From Hydrurus foetidus (taxonomy: Eukaryota): a stretch of DNA of 32,385 nucleotides. A model generated the notes under the pieces. That model did not search any database. It was not told the DNA's origin and saw only the letters and a list, made by a program, of their open reading frames with translations. Of this stretch, positions 1-7,860 are shown one piece after another. The translations under genes were made by a program, and so were the position numbers. The stretch covers positions 1 through 32,385 of the forward strand of contig UYFQ01000158.1 of NCBI GenBank assembly GCA_900617105.1, written 5' to 3'. The first letter of the stretch is position 1, and each line of letters starts with the position of its first letter.

Positions 1-2
1 TA

Positions 3-1988
3 AAGGAAGCTTCCGACGCGGCCAGAGACGACCACGATGAAGCGTCCGCCATCAAATGGGCGGAGGGGTATGAGTTCCCACAGCGGTACATCGACAGCGA
101 TGTCGCATGTCTGAGAGCAGCCGGTTTGGATTTCACAAAGATGGTGAAGCGTCGCCTGGCGCTTATCTCCGCAAATAGGCTTAGTCGAGAGAGGATCGAG
201 CGAACGTTGAGGGAGGACAATCCCGAGCGCAACCTCATGCTGGACTTAGCCATCGGGATGAAGGTCCACGAGCCGGAAGGTTTTGTACCTAACGGGCGTC
301 AACCTAGGTCCCCTTTGAGGTCCGTCTATTGCTCAGTCGCGCCAGCTGTGAACAAGATGCTCGGCGCGGTAGTGGAGCAGAAGCTGGCTTTCCTCCTCCC
401 ACTGAACATGGCGCAGGAGCACGTGCCCAACCTACACTTGTGCAAGGCACACTGGACCACCAAGAAGGGGAAAGCCTCGGGTCGCCCACTTGGGGACCTG
501 AGCAACGTGGACGGGACACCCATCAACACCGACGAAACAGCGGAAGCAGCCACCAGCTACTACGGACAGATCAAACACCCGACTATTGACGGCATCGCCG
601 CCATGATACAAGAATTTTGGACGGAGGCAAGGGCTGCCAACCCTTCCCGACGGTGGTCTGATCTACGCTTGTGGAAGATGGACCTCAAGGGCGCCTTCAC
701 CCTCCTGTCATTTAGACCTAGCGACGTAGGACTATTTGGAATGCTGCTAACTAATGAGCTCGTTTACCTACAACTTGCCGGCATTTTTGGATGGGCGGGT
801 ACGCCGGCGGCATTCCAAGTCGTCACCCGAGCGTTGTTGTGGGAGACGCGACACCGTCTTGAGAGTCGTACTGTGATGTACGTTGATGACATCGTTGGAA
901 TCTGCTTCGCGGATCAGGTCGAGAGCGACATGGCAGTTACCCGGCGCATCTGCACCGACCTTCTCGGGCCGGGGGCAGTGGCGGATGACAAGTCGGAGTC
1001 CGGCCCACGGTTGGACGTCATTGGCTACACTATCGACCTGACGAAGAAACGGGTGCTGATTGCCAGGAAGAATTTCTTGACGGCATTACATGGCTTCATG
1101 TCGACAGACGTCACTCGGCGGATCAACCTGAGGCAGGCACAGCGCCTCGCGTCGTGGGGAACGCGATACGGTAAGATATGTCGGGTCATGCGCCCCTTTT
1201 GCAGTGCACTCAATCGAGTCACCTGGGGACGCACCGACCCTCACGCCCTCTTCCTCCTGTCCTCCGAGGCCGTCATCGCCATACAGTGCTGGCGAGCGAT
1301 GTTGTGCCTCGTGAGGTACCGGGAAACCGAGTTCACGCGGACAATTGAGTCTTTCGCGCCTGCCACACCTGTCATCGTCGCGGAGTTCGACGCATCCCTA
1401 AAGGGTGCTGGACTCATTTGGTTCGCACGCGGGGGGGGCACAGAGGTAGCGTTGGGTGTCTGTGCAGTGGACCTAAGCTTTCTTGAGTTCGGGGACGATT
1501 CGTCCTACCAGAATCTAGCCGAGTTCATAGGAGCGATAATTGCGGTTGCAGGGCAAATTCTACTCGGCTTCTCGGGAAGGAGCTTGGCGTTAAGAGGTGA
1601 CAGTGTCACAGCCAATACATGGGCCTTTACGGAGAGGCCAAGGGGCTCCATCGTCACCAATGCGTCGATGGTGTGGACCCTACTTTGCCTTGCCGCGGAC
1701 ATCAACGTGACCGAGGTCACGCACATAGCGGGGGTGGACAATACGAATTGCGATTTCCTATCGAGGAAAGGGACCCACCCGACCACGTCAGTAGCAGAGG
1801 ATGCACAGAGGATGGGGCTAGGGAATGTAGCGGTCCTAAATCTCTGTGGAACGGACAGCGCCATCGGCATTGTGAGACTGTGCGACCCGAGAATCAAACT
1901 GGACTCGGAGGAAGACTTTGTCAGGTTCTGGGTGCAGGCGAAGACCGCCATCGACTTGTTCTTGACTTCGGCTAAGCGGAGGCAGTAG
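3..1988 (+). CDS. Reverse transcriptase - RNase H polyprotein of the YR retrotransposon (5'-truncated by the window edge)
   Basis: The frame is open from base 3 (KEASDAARDD...) through the 126..1988 ORF. RT motifs: RPLGDLS...N, KMDLKGAF, FGWAGTPAAF, YVDD, K..G..LDVIG. DIRS/Ngaro-type RNase H motifs: DASLKGAG, QNLAEF, GDSVTA, HIAGVDN..CDFLSR. Confidence 0.93.
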   Translation, partial: KEASDAARDDHDEASAIKWAEGYEFPQRYIDSDVACLRAAGLDFTKMVKRRLALISANRLSRERIERTLREDNPERNLMLDLAIGMKVHEPEGFVPNGRQPRSPLRSVYCSVAPAVNKMLGAVVEQKLAFLLPLNMAQEHVPNLHLCKAHWTTKKGKASGRPLGDLSNVDGTPINTDETAEAATSYYGQIKHPTIDGIAAMIQEFWTEARAANPSRRWSDLRLWKMDLKGAFTLLSFRPSDVGLFGMLLTNELVYLQLAGIFGWAGTPAAFQVVTRALLWETRHRLESRTVMYVDDIVGICFADQVESDMAVTRRICTDLLGPGAVADDKSESGPRLDVIGYTIDLTKKRVLIARKNFLTALHGFMSTDVTRRINLRQAQRLASWGTRYGKICRVMRPFCSALNRVTWGRTDPHALFLLSSEAVIAIQCWRAMLCLVRYRETEFTRTIESFAPATPVIVAEFDASLKGAGLIWFARGGGTEVALGVCAVDLSFLEFGDDSSYQNLAEFIGAIIAVAGQILLGFSGRSLALRGDSVTANTWAFTERPRGSIVTNASMVWTLLCLAADINVTEVTHIAGVDNTNCDFLSRKGTHPTTSVAEDAQRMGLGNVAVLNLCGTDSAIGIVRLCDPRIKLDSEEDFVRFWVQAKTAIDLFLTSAKRRQ

Positions 1989-2247
1989 TGGGGTCGGCCG
2001 GGGGGGGCAATCAGCCACCCTACATGAACAGTCGGTAGCGGAACGAGTCCATACGGACTCGTATGGACCGGTGTCCACCCGCCTACGGACCCCACACTTC
2101 AGCCCCCATACACCTTCTGCCTGTGAACTCCACCTTAACCACCCTTCACCTTAACCACACACACGGCCAGTCATCGCTTACAAGACGTCATTCCGTCGCC
2201 TATTTTGCTCGTCTATTCCCGCAGCAGCATGCGTCGGCGACAGCGGA

Positions 2248-3513
2248 GTGAGAATCGGGGGGTCTAGCGTGGAGGTGCGAGAGGACCGGAAACCAGCGGG
2301 GGGACAGAAGGGGGAGGAGGCAGGTCCTACCAGCCATGCAGGAGGAGTCATCTCGGAGCAGAGCCGAACCGTCCTGTCCGCGTTTGTGTCAAAGTCGGTA
2401 GCAATAAAGACTAACCGAGTCTACGATGGTCACTGGGCAGCATGGACGAAGTTCGTGTGCGAGGAAACGCAGACGTCGGACCCGTTCCTGTCCGGAATGG
2501 ACGTCCAAGGGAAGGCCACGATGGTGGCGCTCATGATGGCCCGTAAGCACCAGGCTGGTCTCAGAGGGAAAGCGGCGACGTCCTTCACAGCGGGCATCCG
2601 GATGAAGTTCGTATGCGCGGCACTCTCCGCGTCGTTCCTGGAGGAGCCTGTCGTAGCAACAGCACGGGCAGCGTGCATGATGAAGCCAGATGAGCTCCGG
2701 GCCAAGAGGGACAGCGGGGCGACAGGCTCGGCTAAGCTCCCAGTGTGCGAGAGCATCGTCCGCGATATTAGGAACCGGCTATGGGTCGGAAAGGGATGGG
2801 AGGGGGCAGACATGCAGTGCAGGATGGCATACCTGGGATGCATGTGGGGATTCGAGTTGGGCGCCCGCGTGTCGGAGTACACCAAATCAGAGCCGGGGGA
2901 CGTGGACCACTGCGTGAGGACGGACGACCTCACATTCGTGGTTGTGACGACGGGAGGCACGAGGAGCGTGTTAGGAAGTTACCTGTCGTCCCTGGGCATG
3001 TCCGACATTCCTGGGGGCACTCTGCAGATCGCGGAGTGCAGGGTGCAAGGGGTGAGCACCAAGGGGAAGGTCACCACCAAGGCGAAGCTTGTCGCCAGGC
3101 GGTCGCCCGAGGAGAGCGAGTTCCTTGACGACATTATCCTCTTTGTCGTTAAGAGTGGAGCCGGGGGTACCGAGGAGCTCTTCAGCTGTCACGGGGTGAG
3201 CGGCAAGAGGGTGCAGTTGCGGGCGAGGACAGTGAGGGAGGAGCTGAAGAAGACGTGTGCACTCAACGGTCTCCCCCCGAGCTACTTCAGCTCACACTCT
3301 CTGAGGAAAGGTGCGATCACCCAGATGAGATCACTAGGCACGTCGGAGGACGACCGCAGGGACCGCGGGAACTACGCCCCTAACTCGCAGGTGATGAACA
3401 CGACCTACGACTACGCGACTGGCTTGGGGCCCCTGGCAGCTAACAGTCTCACGGGCGGTCATCGCCCTGAGCTTAGCGACGTGATGAAGTTGCTCCCAGC
3501 CGAACGCAAGTGA
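2248..3513 (+). CDS. Tyrosine recombinase (YR) of the retrotransposon; true start uncertain
   Basis: SAM-like N-terminal helix (KTNRVYDGHWAAWTKF), then catalytic motifs GARVSEY (R), STKG..K (K), HSLR, GNY and TTYD (Y). The frame is open from 2155. The listed start is GTG and the first in-frame ATG is at 2497. Confidence 0.9.
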   Translation: MRIGGSSVEVREDRKPAGGQKGEEAGPTSHAGGVISEQSRTVLSAFVSKSVAIKTNRVYDGHWAAWTKFVCEETQTSDPFLSGMDVQGKATMVALMMARKHQAGLRGKAATSFTAGIRMKFVCAALSASFLEEPVVATARAACMMKPDELRAKRDSGATGSAKLPVCESIVRDIRNRLWVGKGWEGADMQCRMAYLGCMWGFELGARVSEYTKSEPGDVDHCVRTDDLTFVVVTTGGTRSVLGSYLSSLGMSDIPGGTLQIAECRVQGVSTKGKVTTKAKLVARRSPEESEFLDDIILFVVKSGAGGTEELFSCHGVSGKRVQLRARTVREELKKTCALNGLPPSYFSSHSLRKGAITQMRSLGTSEDDRRDRGNYAPNSQVMNTTYDYATGLGPLAANSLTGGHRPELSDVMKLLPAERK

Positions 3514-3583
3514 GGAAGTGGAGAATAGCAGGAGTCAGAAGAGGGTCAGCTGCACCAGGTGCGACGCCCTCGAGAGGATGTTG

Positions 3584-3842
3584 GGTGAAGGGCATCCTGA
3601 CCCAAGGTCTGCCCCGCGACCCCGACCCCAAACTCCAGTCTGGGGCGGGGGAAGTGGGACCAAATAAGCTAGACGCGCAAGCGACACCACCCGTAAGTTA
3701 ACATTATCAACACATTCGTTTAAAGCAATCCGGCCCTCCCTTCGTGCTCGGCAAGCGAGGGGCGTAGTAGGAGAGGAGCACGACAGGGAGCCCGGCAACC
3801 AGTATTCCCCAAAGGGGACAGGACACCGACAGCAGAAGAGAG
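3584..3842 (+). repeat. Split direct repeat, internal copy (B1)
   Basis: Identical to 4235-4494 apart from one C indel in a C-run and one T/G substitution (3655 vs 4307). Confidence 0.95.
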
Positions 3843-4010
3843 TTAGGAGATGCCGCCACGGCAGCGCAGGTTCTCTGGCGCGGAAGGAGCAGGGACCGCT
3901 GACCGGAGCCGGACCCCTCAGGGACGGAGATAGGGGGGAATACCACGGGACAGCGCCATGCGGCACACGGAGCTTGGACCGCCACCCCATGTCGTGTTAT
4001 TAGCCTCAAC
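3843..4010 (+). repeat. Putative A2 repeat (expected copy of the element's 5' terminus)
   Basis: GC-rich block abutting B1, in the position A2 occupies in A1-ORFs-B1-A2-B2 elements. The A1 partner lies outside the window, and the 3' boundary is estimated only from the drop in GC. Confidence 0.5.
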
Positions 4011-4234
4011 GTAGTTTAGTTCGTCACAACATACATTTGAAAAAGAGGGGTCAAATGCGATGGTTGTGATGCGTTTGTTGATGACAGCACGCTGTCACAA
4101 TTATTTGAAACGCCTGATCTCAAGGAGAGCCATCATCGTTCAATTCACCCCGTAGCCAGCCATTCCTACAGAGATATTATAACGTTTACAATGAATTTGT
4201 TGTTTGAGGTTACCTGACCACTTGCGTGTCAGTT

Positions 4235-4494
4235 GGTGAAGGGCATCCTGACCCAAGGTCTGCCCCCGCGACCCCGACCCCAAACTCCAGTCTGGGGCGG
4301 GGGAAGGGGGACCAAATAAGCTAGACGCGCAAGCGACACCACCCGTAAGTTAACATTATCAACACATTCGTTTAAAGCAATCCGGCCCTCCCTTCGTGCT
4401 CGGCAAGCGAGGGGCGTAGTAGGAGAGGAGCACGACAGGGAGCCCGGCAACCAGTATTCCCCAAAGGGGACAGGACACCGACAGCAGAAGAGAG
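4235..4494 (+). repeat. Split direct repeat, terminal copy (B2); probable right end of the element
   Basis: Direct repeat of 3584-3842. Identity stops sharply after CAGAAGAGAG (B1 continues TTAGG, B2 continues CCACC). Confidence 0.93.
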
Positions 4495-4725
4495 CCACCG
4501 CACACGCACTCCACTGAACTTTGAACTTCAATGTAACTTCTCAGAAGGTGGAGGAAGAAGAAGTTGTTGTTCGTAGTTCAGTTCGAGTAGGTGAAACTGC
4601 GTAATGCGTACATTGATGGGAGAACCAGTGTGAAGGCAGACTCCATCAAAAAGCTTATTTTCAGGAGAAAAAATCGCAAGGACTCCTGCTCACAGAACTT
4701 TTTGAGAACGCTCCGATACGGAAGC

Positions 4726-5796
4726 ATGCTGACAGACGGCTTTCTTTTCCTAAGCTTTATATCTCTCTCTGCTCTACACCTATCTCTATCGAACAATGTC
4801 GCAAGCCTCCCAAAATTTCTTTCGCCAGCGGCACTCGCAAAGATCAGCCACCAAAATTGTGGCCCTTTTATGACTTGCGAAGATGACATAGAAAAGACCG
4901 CAATCGGATTGGACTGGAGCCGTATTATAATCGACGCGAAATCCCAAATTGAAAGTAACGACAAAGACACTATCACTCAACAAATCAAAGCTGTTAGGAA
5001 TGTGCCGCAACCGAAAAACAAATTTAACGCATTCAAAGTCATTCTTGCCGGAGCTCCTGCAGCTGGAAAAGGTACTCAATGCGAAGTAATACAGACCAAC
5101 TTTGGTCTCGTTCACTTGTCGACAGGAGATATCCTAAGAAACGCAGTTGAAGAAGGGACACTATTAGGTCTGATGGCGAAGCCATATATGGATGCGGGTC
5201 ATCTCGTTCCTGACGATCTCGTGATTGAACTCATTTTGAGTCGATTGAAGGATAATGACTGCGAAACAAGGGGCTGGCTTCTGGATGGTTTCCCGAGAAC
5301 TAAATCTCAAGCAGATGCACTTCACAATTCGGGGATCCTACCCGATGTTTTTCTCCTTCTAGACGTTCCCGAGGATATCTTGATAGAGAGAGTGACTGGA
5401 AGAAGGACTGATCCTCTGACTGGGAAAATATACCATTTGACCTTCAATCCTCCAGAGAATGATGAAGTCGCATCACGACTGATTCAACGCAGTGACGATA
5501 CTGCTGAGAAGGTCATAGTGCGGTACAGGGAGTTTCAGAGTCATATCGGTGCCATCAAATCTAGCTATGAGGACAAGATGGTCCTCATAGACGGTAGTCT
5601 AAAGCCATCTGATGTTACAAAATTTGTCGTGGCCGAATTGGACTCGGCAATACTGAAAAAGCGGGACAGCTTTTCTGACGGGGGATCACCAGAGGAGATA
5701 TCATCAGACATTTCGATTGCTCTAGGTGTCATCGCTTTCCCAGCGCTACTCAAAGAAGAATTCATCGTTACGGAGTCATCAACCGTCCCCGTCTAA
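4726..5796 (+). CDS. ADK: Adenylate kinase, probably plastid-targeted, intronless
   Basis: P-loop GAPAAGKGTQ, HLSTGDILR, GWLLDGFPRT, LID GRRTDPLTGKIYH and RSDD. The first ATG (4726) gives a hydrophobic signal-like N-terminus, MLTDGFLFLSFISLSAL. Confidence 0.92.
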   Translation: MLTDGFLFLSFISLSALHLSLSNNVASLPKFLSPAALAKISHQNCGPFMTCEDDIEKTAIGLDWSRIIIDAKSQIESNDKDTITQQIKAVRNVPQPKNKFNAFKVILAGAPAAGKGTQCEVIQTNFGLVHLSTGDILRNAVEEGTLLGLMAKPYMDAGHLVPDDLVIELILSRLKDNDCETRGWLLDGFPRTKSQADALHNSGILPDVFLLLDVPEDILIERVTGRRTDPLTGKIYHLTFNPPENDEVASRLIQRSDDTAEKVIVRYREFQSHIGAIKSSYEDKMVLIDGSLKPSDVTKFVVAELDSAILKKRDSFSDGGSPEEISSDISIALGVIAFPALLKEEFIVTESSTVPV

Positions 5797-6077
5797 TTAA
5801 TCCTCCAAATGGCTGATGTTCAATAGATTAGATTCAATGTTTCACCTACATATCCTTTCCATTACATTGTCACAAGTGTTTGATCGTAAGCCCTTCGAGA
5901 TACCATCGAAGTGCATATCATAATCCGATACTCTTTGTTTTTCATGGATTCGAAGGTCGCTTCCAATTAATCACAATAAATATTTATCAGTGTAGTTGTC
6001 AATTACGAAATATCTTATCTTTATAATAAAAGGGTACAAATTGAGAAAAACATGTCTCGCTGCTGTGGACTTCTGAT

Positions 6078-7367
6078 TCAGCATATTTGAAATTTGACAA
6101 TGAAGTCACCTCTTGAAGTGACCAGCCCATTTTTCGAGATGGGCATCCCTAATCCACTGAATACTTTCTTGGATCCATGCTTCAGCAGCAGACTTCGCGT
6201 GTTGATAACTATCTCATTTCCGTCGATATTGGGTATTCTAATTATCACACCCTTTTTTATTTTCTTTTTCTCTAACGGTTGGCATTTCCAATACAAATCA
6301 TCACCTCTTCTCTCCAAGAATTTGTGCTTTATCTGCACAAGAGTAAACGTCACTTTCAAAGGAAAATTTCTTGTCTGAGAGAACATGATTTTTGTCCCTG
6401 ACTTCCAGCCATTTAATATGTCGACGTCAAAAGTTTTCTCAACAACGTAAGTTTTCCCATTCATAACGACGCTCTTCTGCATAGGGATAGATTTCCGCAC
6501 TCCAGTAAATAATTCTTCTAAAGTCACTTGAATTTCTTGTTCTATGACAGGCACTTGCTGTTGTCGGCTTCTAGACTGGCCACCCATTGATCCCCCGAAA
6601 CTGTTGAAAAATTCTCCTCCACCTCCTCTGGATTGCCTTTGCTTCCCCGCTTGGGAAGGGAAAAATTGTCCGAATAAATCATTCAGAACATCTCCCATGT
6701 CGCCCATATCATCGAAGTCTGATTGCTGAGCGCCGCCGAAACCCTGTCCACCGAAAGAACTGAACCCACCAGGAAATCCTTGAAAGTTGCCTCTCTGTTG
6801 AAAGTTTGAAGATCCTCCATAGCCTCCACCGTTATCCTGAAAAATAATTTGGCATTTGAGAATTCATTGACGAAGGTTGCTGTCGTAAATGGAAGAGACG
6901 AGTGTGGTGCTGACCTGTCCAGCTCCCTTAGCGGCATCCTCTCCATACAAATCGTAAATTTCTCGTTTTCTTTTGTCACTGAGTGTTTCGTAGGCCTCAT
7001 TAATTTCCTTGAACTTTATCTCGCTTTCCTGTCGGCCGGTCAGAAGAAATGCAATCTTTCTTTCAGAATGGATGAGACAATTATAGACGGTGATCGTAAT
7101 GGGTAGCAAAGTTCGACAATACTGCGATTGTAAAGGATGACATACAGAAGTTCTTCGCTAGACCTGCTTTTTGTCCGGATTCTTGTCCGGATGATATTTC
7201 ATCGCCAATTTCCTGTACTGCTTCTTAATTTGAGCGTCGTCAGCATTCTTCTCAACTCCCAAGAGAGTGTAATACTTGGCCGCCGATCCAACAGCGGATT
7301 GCGTCCGCGATGTAGAGAAGGCAAGTAAAAAACCCAGTAGAAACTTCATCCAAGATCGTGTCATCAT
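6078..7367 (-). CDS. DnaJ/Hsp40 class B co-chaperone with signal peptide (ERdj3/DNAJB11-like), 3 exons
   Basis: Exons 7367(or 7349)-7164, 7028-6915 and 6836-6078, with GT-AG phase-0 introns. J domain with HPDKN and [15 protein letters not shown]-rich linker, and a C-terminal domain ([28 protein letters not shown]). No CxxCxGxG zinc finger. Confidence 0.9.
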
Positions 7368-7860
7368 ATCCAAGCACGTGTGTTCACCTCTCAACCCCCG
7401 TTTTCACTATGGCAGTTCACTCCTTCGGGTGAACATTATGATGTATTGCTCTTATGCCACTGGGGGTTGCACACACAACAGAAATATCTGTGAATCAGAC
7501 ACGGACGGATAATTCAAGTGAGATCAATTTGTTTTGCTGTTGATTAGAAGAAAGCCCGAGAGTCGCCCAGCAGCACATCTCACATCACACATAATATGAA
7601 ACATGAATCTTCAGTACAGTAATACTGTATAATACCTACTATCCTGTCCTGAATACGGTATATCACTATGTATACTGTATGTTGTATACTGTATGCTGTA
7701 TGCACTACATATACACACTCTGCGATAAACTGTTATCGCTGATCTGCTACTACTGTACACTGTACACTGTACAGTATCTCTCGTTGTCCGCCTCTATGTC
7801 TCTGTGTGTCTGTCTTACGAAGTACTCCGTAGAAATAGGTACTTCGGCATTCGCTGTAAA

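Larger units (their letters stand above)
1..4494 (+). mobile_element. Tyrosine-recombinase retrotransposon (order DIRS) with split direct repeats, Ngaro/PAT-like; 5' part outside the window
   Basis: RT + RNase H ORF followed by a YR ORF, with no DDE integrase or protease visible. A near-identical ~260 bp direct repeat at 3584-3842 and 4235-4494 forms the right end. The sequence is clearly more GC-rich than the downstream host genes. Confidence 0.92.

Noticed and set aside
1505..2960. Antisense ORFs of 196 aa and 176 aa within the retroelement
   Set aside because: Shadow frames of GC-rich coding sequence with no recognisable motifs.
126..3513. Prokaryotic RT plus integrase system (retron, DGR or prophage)
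   Set aside because: The RT is fused to a DIRS-type RNase H, split direct repeats are present, and the context is intron-containing eukaryotic genes. The two repeats show no adenine-specific differences as a DGR TR/VR pair would.
3510..3701. 63-aa ORF overlapping the YR stop (GTGA)
   Set aside because: GTG start, runs into the non-coding repeat, and has no motifs.
4071..4113. Hammerhead-like words (TTGATGA ... GAAACGC)
   Set aside because: There is no stem I, the core starts with U rather than C, and GAAA does not directly follow stem II.
4591..4725. GTG-initiated N-terminal extension of adenylate kinase
   Set aside because: Eukaryotic initiation is expected at ATG 4726, which exposes the signal-like peptide.
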